Shown: piece after piece, positions 9,712-19,803 of the stretch
Numbering within the stretch: position 1 is the first letter of the stretch
Layout: each line of letters starts with the position of its first letter
NCBI GenBank assembly: GCA_964636595.1
Contig: CAZWSG010000009.1
Coordinates: forward strand, 65-64,064
Origin: an uncultured Nitrosopumilaceae archaeon
GTDB taxonomy: Archaea > Thermoproteota > Nitrososphaeria > Nitrososphaerales > Nitrosopumilaceae
Reading direction: 5' to 3'
DNA: 64,000 nt
Program-made: the position numbers and the translations under genes
The notes under the pieces: model-generated
Databases searched by the model: none
Told to the model about the DNA's origin: nothing
The model's input: the letters and a program-made list of their open reading frames with translations, nothing else

Positions 9712-10686
9712 GTGGGCAAAAAGAGATCATGTGTATTGTATACAATTGAAGTAAATTCACTTTCAAAGTCATATGGTACATTTACTGCAGTAGACGGTAT
9801 TGATCTTAAAGTTGAGAAAGGAAAGATCTTTGGATTTTTGGGTCCAAACGGTGCTGGCAAGACAACAACTATGAAACTTTTAACGACATTGATTCCTCCA
9901 AGCGGAGGCAAGATGAGCATTTTAGGAATTGATGCCATAAAATCGCCTCTTGAAATACGAAAAAAAATTGGAGTGGTATTGCAGCAGCCAAGCTACGAGC
10001 CAACCCTTAGTGTTGAAAAATCGCTTGAAAAATATGGCATGATGTGGAATGTAGATAAAAAAACACGAAAAACTCGCGTAGAAGAACTACTTTTAGCATT
10101 TGATCTTGTAGATATTAGAAAAAAGAAGAACGATGACCTGTCCATTGGACAGAGAAGACGAGTGCAGGTTGCAAGAGAGTTTATGCATGACATGGAGTTG
10201 TTGTTTTTGGATGAACCTACTGTAGGACTAGATCCTTCTGCAAGAAGGGGTCTGCTTGATTATATCAAAAACAAAGTAAAGGATGGATTGACAATATTTT
10301 TCACTACTCATATCTTGGAGGAAGCCGAATACCTCTGCGATGATATCGCAATAATCAACAAGGGAAAAATTATTGCAGTTGATACTCCGGAGGAGCTAAA
10401 AAACAAGTTTGGAAGGCAAAAGACCATAAAAATTCATGTTGGCAAGCACGAAAAGATATCATCTCTCTTGGTAGGCATTCCAGAATGTACCATAGAGCAT
10501 GATTCTGGTATTGTGATTACGGTCCATTCTACTCAATCAGAGCAGGTTTTACAAAACATATTGCAGATACTTGCCTCAAATGGCATAACAGTAGATGACC
10601 TCAGCGTAGTACCAACAAGCTTGGAAGAGATATTTCTTTCAGTGGTGAAAAATTCTAATGAATCCAATAATTCGTCTAGTCAATAG
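9712..10686 (+). CDS. ABC transporter ATP-binding protein (ABC-2 / DrrA-like)
   Basis: Walker A GPNGAGKTT, signature LSIGQRRR, Walker B LLFLDEPTVGLD. The start could be ATG 9729 instead of GTG 9712. Confidence 0.85.
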   Translation: MGKKRSCVLYTIEVNSLSKSYGTFTAVDGIDLKVEKGKIFGFLGPNGAGKTTTMKLLTTLIPPSGGKMSILGIDAIKSPLEIRKKIGVVLQQPSYEPTLSVEKSLEKYGMMWNVDKKTRKTRVEELLLAFDLVDIRKKKNDDLSIGQRRRVQVAREFMHDMELLFLDEPTVGLDPSARRGLLDYIKNKVKDGLTIFFTTHILEEAEYLCDDIAIINKGKIIAVDTPEELKNKFGRQKTIKIHVGKHEKISSLLVGIPECTIEHDSGIVITVHSTQSEQVLQNILQILASNGITVDDLSVVPTSLEEIFLSVVKNSNESNNSSSQ

Positions 10687-11419
10687 GAATCTTACAATTT
10701 CCCTTAACATGGGATTTGTAATATGGCAGATTATCTTTCCCTTGATCTACATCTTTGTTGCAGGCTTTGCATATACTGCACTCATACACCAAGTTCCGTT
10801 TGGAAACAAGACACTAGACTATCCTGCCTTTATTGCAACAGGAATGATTGGGTTCAATATAATGAACAGCACACTGATCTCTGGAATAATAATCTGGAAT
10901 GACAGAAGACATGGTATGTTTGAGCAGATTCTTGTTGGGCCGTTTACACGTGCACAGTATATCTTATCAAATGTGTATACCATTGGAATAATCGGTCTTG
11001 TCAGTGCTGCAATGATTACTGCAGTGGGCTATCCGTTGTTCTTCAAGCAAGTAGAGTTTAACGTGTTGACTATACCTCTTGTAGTATTTGCATCAATTAC
11101 TGGTTCCATTCTGTTTGGTTCCATTGCATCAATCATCTCAACTAGGCTCAAATCAAGTGAGGGGTTTAATGTTGTAATTAATACGGTATTTTTGTTCTTT
11201 GCATTTGTAAGCACTGCATTTTATCCAGCACAGGGGGCACCACCGATCCTGTCCACTGCATTTTACTTTAATCCATTGACATATCTTGTTGATGTGGTTC
11301 GCGCAGGTATCTTTGGATACTTTAATGGACTTGTGGCAACTGAGATGGCAGTCTTGGGAATAGGTGCTGTTGTCTTGTTTTTGATTGCAACCAAGCTATT
11401 GTCAAAGTTGGAACTATAG
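10658..11419 (+). CDS. ABC-2 type transporter permease
   Basis: Six predicted hydrophobic helices, overlaps and follows the ATPase gene, typical size of about 250 aa. Confidence 0.75.
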   Translation: MNPIIRLVNRNLTISLNMGFVIWQIIFPLIYIFVAGFAYTALIHQVPFGNKTLDYPAFIATGMIGFNIMNSTLISGIIIWNDRRHGMFEQILVGPFTRAQYILSNVYTIGIIGLVSAAMITAVGYPLFFKQVEFNVLTIPLVVFASITGSILFGSIASIISTRLKSSEGFNVVINTVFLFFAFVSTAFYPAQGAPPILSTAFYFNPLTYLVDVVRAGIFGYFNGLVATEMAVLGIGAVVLFLIATKLLSKLEL

Positions 11420-11457
11420 AATTTCCTTTAAATTAGACGCTGACGTATTATGGTGCC

Positions 11458-11700
11458 ATGCAGGTAAAAAAGCGCAGCAGTTTCTGGTTCTTACTTCCTA
11501 TCGTGTTCAATGTTATAGGAGGAATAATTGCATTTTTTATCATACGAGAAGACGATCCTAGAAAGGCAAGAAACTGTCTATATCTTGGAATAATACTTGC
11601 TGCAATACCAATCCTGCTTGTTGTGGTACCATTACTTGTTGGAATTACTCTGATTCCTCATGTTATACCACCAAGTGTACCAAATTCACACTATGTGTAA
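11458..11700 (+). CDS. small membrane protein, function unknown
   Basis: 80 aa with two long hydrophobic segments (FWFLLPIVFNVIGGIIAFFII, LGIILAAIPILLVVVPLLVGI). Confidence 0.45.
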   Translation: MQVKKRSSFWFLLPIVFNVIGGIIAFFIIREDDPRKARNCLYLGIILAAIPILLVVVPLLVGITLIPHVIPPSVPNSHYV

Positions 11701-11769
11701 AGGTGCTCTTTAGAGTTGTGTGTTGGAAAACCTGAAATATCTGTCATGCTATAAAATAATGAAGAAAAC

Positions 11770-11901
11770 ATGCTCAGAACATCAAAGAAACTAGATGATG
11801 TGACTCCTGAAGAAAGAGAAGATGTCAAGGAATTCTATGCTGACAAGAAGAATCATAAAGTAAGTTCTCTCAAAGAGTTAATTAAAGAATTAGACAAATA
11901 G
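11770..11901 (+). CDS. putative antitoxin partner of the RelE/ParE-like toxin
   Basis: Own translation: MLRTSKKLDDVTPEEREDVKEFYADKKNHKVSSLKELIKELDK (43 aa). It ends 7 nt before the toxin start. Assigned by position only. Confidence 0.35.
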   Translation: MLRTSKKLDDVTPEEREDVKEFYADKKNHKVSSLKELIKELDK

Positions 11902-11908
11902 CCATCGT

Positions 11909-12172
11909 TTGTGGAATTTCGATTACAAGTCTAAATTTATCAGACAATACAAGCAACTGAGTCCTGATTTACAAAAAAAGGTCAAATCTGCATTAGAAGA
12001 TTTGACCAATTCTGAAAATCCTTTGAGATTGGGAGATTACAAATCAAGTCTACGAGCCTATGCTTATGTTCTTGATAAAAGCAACAGAATTCTTTACAAT
12101 GTTAGATTTGGTGACAACATAATAGAGTTAGTCAGAGTTGGGGACCATAAAATGACTTATGGTAAAGACTGA
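11909..12172 (+). CDS. RelE/ParE-family type II toxin
   Basis: 87 aa: WNFDYKSKFIRQYKQLSPDLQKKVKSALEDL ... LRAYAYVLDKSNRILYNVRFGDNIIELVRVGDHKMTY follows the RelE/ParE consensus layout. Confidence 0.65.
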   Translation: MWNFDYKSKFIRQYKQLSPDLQKKVKSALEDLTNSENPLRLGDYKSSLRAYAYVLDKSNRILYNVRFGDNIIELVRVGDHKMTYGKD

Positions 12173-12268
12173 GTCCTTGGCTCATTATTGTAATATGATT
12201 AAAGACAAGGCAGAATTTGTATTCTAACGTGCTAAAACGTTAAGTAAATAAAAGATCAAAATAATGTA

Positions 12269-12478
12269 ATGAAATACAGAGTTCTGATACAACAAGATGA
12301 AGATGGCATGTTTATAGTAAAATGTCCATCATTACCAGGTTGTATTTCACAGGGAAAAACACGAGAAGAAGCATTGGTTAACATCACAGATGCAGTAAGC
12401 GGATATCTGCAAAGTCTGAAAAAACACCATGAATCTGTACCTCACATAGAAGAGGAATTGGTAGAAGTAAGTGCCTAA
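12269..12478 (+). CDS. hicB: HicB-family antitoxin (UPF0150)
   Basis: MKYRVLIQQDEDGMFIVKCPSLPGCISQGKTREEALVNITDAVSGYLQSL is the canonical HicB N-terminal domain. Confidence 0.8.
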   Translation: MKYRVLIQQDEDGMFIVKCPSLPGCISQGKTREEALVNITDAVSGYLQSLKKHHESVPHIEEELVEVSA

Positions 12479-12696
12479 AATTCCAGTAGTTTCTGCAATC
12501 AAGGTTTATCAAAGCACTATCAAAGATTGGTTATGAAGCAGATCATCAAACTGAAAGTCATGTTATTTTAAGACATAATGGGAACACACACAAAAGATTG
12601 ACAGTTCCAAACCACAAAGAAATAGCCAGAGGTACTCTAAAGGCTATAATTGAAGAAACAGGGTTGACAGTTCAAGAATTTACAGATCTCTTGTAA
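12471..12696 (+). pseudogene. hicA: hicA toxin gene interrupted by a +1 frameshift in a T run
   Basis: GTG at 12471 overlaps the hicB stop (GTGCCTAA) and gives MPKIPVVSAIKVYQSTIKDWL*, stopping at 12534-12536. The next frame continues KALSKIGYEADHQTESHVILRHNGNTHKRLTVPNHKEIARGTLKAIIEETGLTVQEFTDLL*. Total length is 226 nt (3n+1). Removing one T of TTT 12505-12507 restores KVIKALSKIGY. Confidence 0.8.
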
Positions 12697-12728
12697 TTTT
12701 ACATATTTTTTTAATGGATTTTAAAGAT

Positions 12729-12800
12729 AGCCCGGCCCAGATTCGAACTGGGGTCAAGGGCTCCAAAGGCCCCTATGCTTGACCGCTACACTACCGGGCT
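12729..12800 (-). tRNA. tRNA-Gln (anticodon UUG)
   Basis: Reverse complement: AGCCCGG-TA-GTGT-AGCGGTCAA-GCAT-A-GGGGC-CTTTGGA-GCCCT-TGAC-CCCAG-TTCGAAT-CTGGG-CCGGGCT. This folds as a full cloverleaf of 72 nt with a TTCGAAT T-loop and A1-U72. No CCA is encoded. Confidence 0.9.
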
Positions 12801-12887
12801 TCTTTGGAACCTTGATTTGTATTCCTTTATAATGTTACTTTGTGGACACGAGAGGCTTATTAGCCCTGGAATTATTTCCACACTTGA

Positions 12888-13322
12888 ATGCGTTATCTGC
12901 TTGTAATCATGATTGTGGCATCTTTTGGGATTGTACCGATTGGAAATTCATATGCGCAGACTGGAAACAACTTGGCAATATTTGTGCAAATAAAAGTTGT
13001 AGATTCTGGAGGAAACTTGGTGTCATACTTGGAAGCAACAAAAATACTTGTGGCAAACGTTGCAAAACTCAATTTGTTGCTTGACCAAAACTCGCCTGTA
13101 TTTTCAAAAAGTTATGTTACAAACGGGGCCCAAAAGTTTGAGGTAATAAAAGCAAATGATACCGTAGTGCACCAGTCTGATACCATAGTATCCCAGAACA
13201 TGATCTCATCATCTGACGGTTTGCACTCTGAGGTTTTGGCAACAGCAGACCATGATGGATATCCTGTGGTAAAAGGCGATACTGCTATTGCATATTGGAC
13301 AATAATCCGTCCTGCTTCCTAG
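12888..13322 (+). CDS. secreted protein, function unknown
   Basis: N-terminal signal-like MRYLLVIMIVASFGIVPIGNSYAQ; 144 aa. Confidence 0.5.
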   Translation: MRYLLVIMIVASFGIVPIGNSYAQTGNNLAIFVQIKVVDSGGNLVSYLEATKILVANVAKLNLLLDQNSPVFSKSYVTNGAQKFEVIKANDTVVHQSDTIVSQNMISSSDGLHSEVLATADHDGYPVVKGDTAIAYWTIIRPAS

Positions 13323-14556
13323 TTCTTTTGGATACTAGTACCCCGACACCTATTGCAAAAAATACAACAAGTGAGACAAACCTGTAAGGCTGGTTTGTCT
13401 GGTCTGTAAAACCTGAAAGTAAAGGTGATGTAAGCAATATGGAAAATATGAATATCAGTATGGAATCTGCATGCAATATTCTTCTACGTGACGCAAAAAA
13501 TAGCATTACTGTGACAGGCAGTAAAAAGATTAGCACAAGATAATCGAATCTCATCTGCATTACCATTGCAGAGAAACCCTGCCAAAATTGAAAACTATCA
13601 AAAGAAACTGATGTTCCAACTAAGTTTGTCTCAAGTATTACAGAAGCTATTGCTATTAGAATTATGATTATTCCATAAGATGCAAGTGAGTATATCTTTG
13701 GTTTTTTTGAAAGGCTGGATCTTGCAATAAAGTAGAAACTCATGGGCAAGAATGCCACAGTCAACGCTTTTGAGAATATTGAAACAAAATATGAAATAGG
13801 CGAAGGTGACCAGAACTTTTCTACTAGATATAATGAAAACAGGTATAACAATATCCATGTGTTGTCATAACTTGCAGTAGTGCTATATGAGATAAAGATC
13901 TGACTTTGAAGTAATACAATCATTGAGACTATTCCAGCAAATCTACTGCTGGTAATTTTCTTTGTAAAGAAATATGTTAAAAGAAGAAGTGCAATACTTG
14001 TAATAAACGGTATTACCCTAATGTTGCCAAATACTTTCAGTGATATTGAAAGAAGCAAGAATTTGATATGAGGTTCAAAGGAATGTGTAAAGTCTGATAT
14101 ACTCCAAGAGTTGACCCTGTCTTTGACTCCTTGATAATCCACCCATGTTTCTTCTTTTCCAAGTGTACTTGCTGTTAGACCTGCAAAGATTGCAAGCAAT
14201 ACAATTACAGCTATTAATGCTTGTTTTTTTGTAAATTCAAAGTTTGATAATTTGTATATCATTGATCTGTACTTGCATTCCTTTTTTTTGTAATATGCTA
14301 TCGTGATACCTAAGAAGACAAGACTTGTTACAATCAAAGGAACAGCTATAATGCTTGGGTCAAGTGGATTAACAAACTCTGGGCTTGCTACAACTCCTTG
14401 GAATGGGCTAGTCGCCCTAGTAAGAAGAGCTGGAAAAACCGCTGGTATTAGACTTAACAGAACAATTGCTATTGTTGGAACAAAGACTGCCCATGAAATT
14501 ATCTTGTTTCTTGAGAGAATCTTTGGTTTAGAATCTTCTGGCTCTTTCTTGTTCAA
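13285..14556 (-). CDS. polytopic membrane protein, possibly a GT-C-type glycosyltransferase
   Basis: 423 aa with about 10 or more hydrophobic helices; it sits at the edge of the glycan island. No diagnostic motif was recognised. Confidence 0.35.
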   Translation of the reverse strand: MNKKEPEDSKPKILSRNKIISWAVFVPTIAIVLLSLIPAVFPALLTRATSPFQGVVASPEFVNPLDPSIIAVPLIVTSLVFLGITIAYYKKKECKYRSMIYKLSNFEFTKKQALIAVIVLLAIFAGLTASTLGKEETWVDYQGVKDRVNSWSISDFTHSFEPHIKFLLLSISLKVFGNIRVIPFITSIALLLLTYFFTKKITSSRFAGIVSMIVLLQSQIFISYSTTASYDNTWILLYLFSLYLVEKFWSPSPISYFVSIFSKALTVAFLPMSFYFIARSSLSKKPKIYSLASYGIIIILIAIASVILETNLVGTSVSFDSFQFWQGFSAMVMQMRFDYLVLIFLLPVTVMLFFASRRRILHADSILIFIFSILLTSPLLSGFTDQTNQPYRFVSLVVFFAIGVGVLVSKRTRKQDGLLSNMQ

Positions 14557-14682
14557 TTTATGGTATTTCTAGAGCCAAGTAACTTAAAACTTGTGTATGG
14601 TATTTCTATGACATTTCTTTTATTTGGAAAATATATTTAGCTAGCTAAATCATTATATTGAAACTATATTTCAAAATCTATA

Positions 14683-15690
14683 TTGAATTATTCTGATATA
14701 AAAAAATATGACAAAAGTAACATGCATGAAATCTATGATAAATGGTCTGAGATTGCACAAGAATCATTCCAATCATGTGATGACAGCATTGATTTTGGAA
14801 AGATTGATCATGTAATATTTGCAGGTATGGGAGGATCTGGTGCAATCGGAGATATCTTTTCTTCCATCTTATCTAAAACAAATGTTCATGTTTGCGTTGT
14901 AAAGGGATATCACTTGCCAAATACTGTTGATTCTAAGACACTTGTTGTGACCACAAGCATATCCGGAAATACTGTAGAAACACTATCTGTACTAAAAGCT
15001 GCAAAAGACTTGCACTGTAAAACTATAGCATTCTCTTCTGGTGGCATGATGGAAAAGTTTTCTCGTAAAAATAAGGTTGAACACAGGAACATACCAAAAC
15101 TTCATTCCCCAAGGGCATCATTTACCAAATATCTGTATTCAGAGCTTGGATATCTTGGGAATGTAATCCCAATAAAAAAATCTGACATTGTAGATTCTAT
15201 AACACAAATGAAAAAAATATCTTCTACAATATCATCACAAAATCTTACAAATACAAATCAATCACTTGCACTTGCCAAATGGATTACAGGCATTCCAATT
15301 ATTTACTATCCCTGGGGCCTTCAGGCAGTGGCAATTAGATTCAAGAGCTCACTTCAGGAAAATGCTAAAGTTCATGCAATGGCAGAAGATGTGCTTGAGG
15401 CAAGTCATAATGGTATTGTATCTTGGGAAAAGCCATCTGGAGTAAAGCCCATATTGATTGAGGGTCAAAATGACTATTTCAAGACCAAAGAAAGATGGAA
15501 AATAATGAGAGAATATTTTGACAAACACAAGATAGACTATAGAGAAATACAGTCAGTCAAGGGAAATATTCTCTCAAAACTCATTGGTTTGATATATCTG
15601 CTTGACTATACTTCTATCTATCTTGCAATACTAAACAAGACTAATCCTTCTCCTACCACATCAATTGATTTTGTAAAAGAGAGAATCTAG
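14683..15690 (+). CDS. bifunctional phosphoglucose/phosphomannose isomerase (SIS domain)
   Basis: FAGMGGSGAIGDIF and TTSISGNTVETL SIS motifs; about 335 aa, the typical archaeal PGI/PMI size. TTG start. Confidence 0.7.
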   Translation: MNYSDIKKYDKSNMHEIYDKWSEIAQESFQSCDDSIDFGKIDHVIFAGMGGSGAIGDIFSSILSKTNVHVCVVKGYHLPNTVDSKTLVVTTSISGNTVETLSVLKAAKDLHCKTIAFSSGGMMEKFSRKNKVEHRNIPKLHSPRASFTKYLYSELGYLGNVIPIKKSDIVDSITQMKKISSTISSQNLTNTNQSLALAKWITGIPIIYYPWGLQAVAIRFKSSLQENAKVHAMAEDVLEASHNGIVSWEKPSGVKPILIEGQNDYFKTKERWKIMREYFDKHKIDYREIQSVKGNILSKLIGLIYLLDYTSIYLAILNKTNPSPTTSIDFVKERI

Positions 15691-15701
15691 ATTTTCTAAT
15701 T

Positions 15702-16283
15702 TTACTGTTTCTTGGTTTGTAACTTTTCCTTTTCTCTTGTAAATATGGTTGTAATTCCTATGATTATGATTGCTATAATCTCAAAGTAGAGCCAGTATGT
15801 ATGTGGAAATGATATCATTTGATTATACCATGGTGTAAAGATTGGAAATTTGGGATCTCCTGCAAAAATATCAAATGAAATATGTGAGAATACTGCTGCA
15901 AAAGCTATTGCACCGAGTTTGAAATCTTTTTTGCCGAATAATATCATCATTGTTACAAGTGCAATTACTGCAAATGATATGGAATGGCTCATCCTTCCCA
16001 ATGCGTCAATATGTGTAAGGCCAATTAGGTGATCAGAGTCAATTAAAACTGCAAAAACTCCTGCAATAATTGTATACCTTAACGATAGAGTAACTATGCC
16101 AACTACTAGACCAAATAGCATATGGCCTGATATTTCGTGAAGAGTTATACCTCCCACTGGATTTGCCAATGGTCCTTTTTCTGCAAGAAATACTCCCACA
16201 AATGAAAATGCTGCTGATAATGCACAGTATGTCACTAGTATCTTTACAGTCTTGTTGATATCGTTTTTACAAATCTGGAGCAT
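15702..16283 (-). CDS. membrane protein, DUF457/YdjM-like putative metal-dependent hydrolase
   Basis: Multi-helix protein with His/Asp clusters (GHMLFGLVVG, LIDSDHLIG, HSISF). Confidence 0.35.
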   Translation of the reverse strand: MLQICKNDINKTVKILVTYCALSAAFSFVGVFLAEKGPLANPVGGITLHEISGHMLFGLVVGIVTLSLRYTIIAGVFAVLIDSDHLIGLTHIDALGRMSHSISFAVIALVTMMILFGKKDFKLGAIAFAAVFSHISFDIFAGDPKFPIFTPWYNQMISFPHTYWLYFEIIAIIIIGITTIFTREKEKLQTKKQ

Positions 16284-16381
16284 GGATGAAATCTATCTTG
16301 TCCTTTATTGTATTTCTTTTCTTTTTATAAGGTTGTATTATCGTATATCTACCCAAATTTGTTTAGGATGAAATTATCTGT

Positions 16382-17416
16382 CTATTTTGATTGGTAGAAC
16401 ATTTTTTTGTTGTCATCTATGACATCGGCTACTAACTTTCTTATCTTGTCATAGGATATCTTTTCTGCCTTGTCTGATCTGAGGGCAATCTTTTGTTTTG
16501 GTATTGTCTTGGACGATGACAAGTTGCTTGGTATTACATACATGCCGTCAAATATTTTACAATGTTCAAATTCTAGTTCTGTCATCAATTCTTCGTATAG
16601 TTTTTCCCCTGTTCTGATTCCTGTTTCCTTTGGCGTTACTCGCTTGATTGAATATCTAGAACAAATTTCATCAATTGTAGCTTGAATCAAATCAATTACG
16701 TTAACCGCTGGCATCTTTGGTACAAATATCGCTCCATCTTGTTTCATGGCACTTGCCTTTAGGATGAAACTTGCAGCTTGTTTTTCTGTCAGGAGAAATC
16801 TAGTCATTTTTTTATCAGTGATAAACGGACACTCGTTGTGGCGCAACTGCTCTGCAATCAAATGCACTAACGAGCCCTTTGTGCCTATTACGTTTCCAAA
16901 CCTTACACAACAAAATGATGTCTTTTTGAGTCCAATGTAGTTGTGTGCTGCAATGACCAATCTCTCACTTAGTAGCTTTGATGCCCCAAGTGTATTGATT
17001 GCATTTACTACCTTGTCTGTGCTGATGTGAATTAACTGGGAGACATTATTTTCAATTGCTATATCGATGATATTCTGTGTTCCAATCACATTTGTCTTGG
17101 CTGCCTCAAATGGATTTTCTTCACATAGTGGAACGTGTTTTAGAGCTGCGGTATGAAATATGATATCAATGTCTTCTGCTGCCCTGTGCAGTCTTTCCTT
17201 TTCTCTGATATCTCCAACCAAGAACCTTACATTATCACGATTTTTTAGTTGCTCTTGCAAAAAGAAGAGCTGATTTTCTGATATATCTAGTACACGCACT
17301 ACATTTGGTGAGTATTCTAATAGTTCCTTTACTATGGCACTCCCAATGGAACCTGTACCGCCTGTGACTAGAATTTTTTTTCCCTTAAAATGCTTTAAAA
17401 TTTCATTATTGTTCAA
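16382..17416 (-). CDS. UDP-GlcNAc 4,6-dehydratase, CapD/PglF/LegB-like
   Basis: KILVTGGTGSIGSAIV Rossmann motif, VRFGNVIGTKGS, and NTLGASK in place of the YGATK of the PseB type (catalytic Tyr substituted, as in the PglF/CapD class). Confidence 0.7.
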   Translation of the reverse strand: MNNNEILKHFKGKKILVTGGTGSIGSAIVKELLEYSPNVVRVLDISENQLFFLQEQLKNRDNVRFLVGDIREKERLHRAAEDIDIIFHTAALKHVPLCEENPFEAAKTNVIGTQNIIDIAIENNVSQLIHISTDKVVNAINTLGASKLLSERLVIAAHNYIGLKKTSFCCVRFGNVIGTKGSLVHLIAEQLRHNECPFITDKKMTRFLLTEKQAASFILKASAMKQDGAIFVPKMPAVNVIDLIQATIDEICSRYSIKRVTPKETGIRTGEKLYEELMTELEFEHCKIFDGMYVIPSNLSSSKTIPKQKIALRSDKAEKISYDKIRKLVADVIDDNKKMFYQSK

Positions 17417-18545
17417 AGAAATTTCTTACCTCTTTTGTTACCATGTTCATCTCAATTTTAGTCATGTGGGGGTATAGCGGCAATGTAAGGATTTCTTTTG
17501 ACATTTTTTCAGTTACAGGAAGCTCCCCACCATTGAATTTGTATATCTTTCTGTAAAATGGTGTGAGGTGGATTGGATCAAAGTAAACTTTTGACATTAT
17601 CCCTTTTGATTTTAGGTGTTTGGCAAGGCCGTCTCTTTGTTTGTTGTTTATCCTAATTGAATATAGTTGGTATACCTGGTTGTATCCTAGTTTTGGATTT
17701 GGAATTGTAATTTGTTTTATGTCCTCAAACTCTTTGTTGTAATGAGATGCAATACTTTGACGCATCTTTATTATTTTATTGACCTTGTTTATTTGTGATA
17801 ACCCCAGTGCTGCTGTCATGCTTGACATTCTGAAATTATATCCCAAGTCAACATAATCCACTTGTCCTGCATTTGTAAAATAATTGACAGTATCATTTCT
17901 GCCATGTGACCTGACAAGCAATAGTCTTTCGTAAATCTCTCTTGAATTTGTAAGGACTGCACCTCCCTCTCCAGTTGTAATTATCTTGTTTGGTGCAAAG
18001 CTGAGGATGGCAGAATCACCAAAAGAACCTGTCATTTTTCCTTTATATGTTGCACCAAATGACTGGGCTGCATCTTCAATAACTGGAATTTTTTTCCTTG
18101 TTGCTATTTGTACAATTTCATCAATCTTGCAGGAAAGGCCGGAATAATGGACTGGAATTACTGCATCTATCTTTTGCTTGGTTACAGTTGATTGTAATTT
18201 TTCTGGGTCCATTCCGAGATTTTCTTCTTCAATATCGACAAAGACTGGTTTTGCATTTACAAATAGTACTGAATTGGCAGTGGCAATGAATGAAAACGAG
18301 GGTACTGCAACTCTTGATGGTGACTTTATCTTGTGTGCAATTAGTACTGCATGTAGAGCTGAAGTTCCTGAATTAAAAACGGCGCAATATTTTGTTCCGG
18401 TATAATCTGAAATCTTTTTTTCAAATTCCTTGATCTCTTGCCCTACTGCCCAGTCTGTTCCTCTTTTTATGACTCTGGTGACTGTTTTTATGTCATTTTT
18501 GTCGTTATAGATCTTAAAGAGGGGTATCTTCCACGACATTCTCAA
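17406..18545 (-). CDS. DegT/DnrJ/EryC1/StrS-family sugar aminotransferase
   Basis: SGTSALHAVL, ... IEDAAQSFGA ..., and SFAPNKIITTGEGG (PLP-lysine motif). It overlaps the dehydratase gene in the same operon. Confidence 0.8.
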   Translation of the reverse strand: MRMSWKIPLFKIYNDKNDIKTVTRVIKRGTDWAVGQEIKEFEKKISDYTGTKYCAVFNSGTSALHAVLIAHKIKSPSRVAVPSFSFIATANSVLFVNAKPVFVDIEEENLGMDPEKLQSTVTKQKIDAVIPVHYSGLSCKIDEIVQIATRKKIPVIEDAAQSFGATYKGKMTGSFGDSAILSFAPNKIITTGEGGAVLTNSREIYERLLLVRSHGRNDTVNYFTNAGQVDYVDLGYNFRMSSMTAALGLSQINKVNKIIKMRQSIASHYNKEFEDIKQITIPNPKLGYNQVYQLYSIRINNKQRDGLAKHLKSKGIMSKVYFDPIHLTPFYRKIYKFNGGELPVTEKMSKEILTLPLYPHMTKIEMNMVTKEVRNFFEQ

Positions 18546-18639
18546 ATTCCAGATGAATACTTTGTGTATTTATGTAATGTCATAAAATTAGATATCTGTT
18601 CTTAACATACTTATGAGAAGTGGTATGGTACAATAGAAA

Positions 18640-19803
18640 ATGAAGATTGCATTACTGGTCCAGCGCTTTCCACATGGAGGGGCAGAAAGCTATGTGGAAG
18701 AAATTGCACGGAGACTTGCTAAATATGAAGATGTTACAGTAATTAGCTCAACCAACAAGGACTGCGATGATACAAAATACCCGTTTAAGATAATACGATT
18801 GTCAAAATTTGTCTCCATTGGGGAATATTCTTTTTGGCGTGGTCTTGGTAAAGTATTGAAAAGTGGCAAATTTGATCTTGTCCATGTAAATACATATGGT
18901 TACTTTCATTCTGACTATGCAGCATATCTGAAAAAAAAGTTACATTACAAGTTAGTAATGACAAGCCACGGATTTACTGGCATGGATATACATTCTCTTA
19001 AAAAAAATCAGGTAACGATGAAAAAATCGCCGTTTGATATAATACGACCACTTTATGACAAAAAAATTGGCAAAAAGACAATTCAATCATGTGATCATCT
19101 TATAGCTTTATCAAAAAAGGATCAAGAATTTTACAAGCAGATTGGTATTGACACATCAAAGATCACTATAATCCCACCTGGAATACAAGAGAATTTTTTT
19201 GTTGAACCTGATGTGGACAATATCAAAAAGATCAGATCTCAATATGATGGACCTATATTATTATCAGTTGGAGAATTAAGCTGGATAAAGTCACAAGCTG
19301 TTATGGTGAGGGCTATGCAGCTTGTAATAAAGGAGAAACCAGCAACTCTTATTTTGATAGGAAAGGACAGGACAGAGCTTGCTAATCTAAAACAATTGTC
19401 AAAGAAATTAGGTATAGACAAGAATGTATTTTTTTTGGGTTTCAAGAATCCAGAAGAGGTAAAAAAATTCATGTACGCATCTGACATTTTGCTAAACACC
19501 TCACTTGCAGAAGGGCTCAGTACTGTTCTCCTTGAATCTATGGCCTGCAGTTTACCATTTATCACAACATCTAGCGGGGGAAATGGATACCTTGCACAAG
19601 AAAGTGATGCTGGATTAACTGTACCATTTGAGGATGAAAAGGCACTTGCAAATCATATCCTTGCTCTTACATCTGACAAGAAAAAAATGGAAACCATGAA
19701 GTCAAAGGGGCATGTTTTTGCCAAAGACCTCAGCTGGGATAAAATATTTGCAAGAATAACAAAGGTATACAGTAATCTGCTATTGGATGGCGACAAAAGT
19801 TGA
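18640..19803 (+). CDS. glycosyltransferase family 4 (GT-B)
   Basis: C-terminal EX7E-type motif: SLAEGLSTVLLESMACSLPFITT. Confidence 0.75.
   Translation: MKIALLVQRFPHGGAESYVEEIARRLAKYEDVTVISSTNKDCDDTKYPFKIIRLSKFVSIGEYSFWRGLGKVLKSGKFDLVHVNTYGYFHSDYAAYLKKKLHYKLVMTSHGFTGMDIHSLKKNQVTMKKSPFDIIRPLYDKKIGKKTIQSCDHLIALSKKDQEFYKQIGIDTSKITIIPPGIQENFFVEPDVDNIKKIRSQYDGPILLSVGELSWIKSQAVMVRAMQLVIKEKPATLILIGKDRTELANLKQLSKKLGIDKNVFFLGFKNPEEVKKFMYASDILLNTSLAEGLSTVLLESMACSLPFITTSSGGNGYLAQESDAGLTVPFEDEKALANHILALTSDKKKMETMKSKGHVFAKDLSWDKIFARITKVYSNLLLDGDKS

Noticed and set aside
12729-12800. Integrated element bounded by a partial tRNA-Gln repeat
   Set aside because: I could not find a second copy of the tRNA 3' half (…CCAGTTCGAATCTGGGCCGGGCT or its complement) elsewhere in the window. 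It needs a computational search.
12842-13084. 80-aa Cys-rich ORF
   Set aside because: It overlaps the signal-peptide-bearing ORF 12888-13322 in another frame, and the latter is the more plausible gene.
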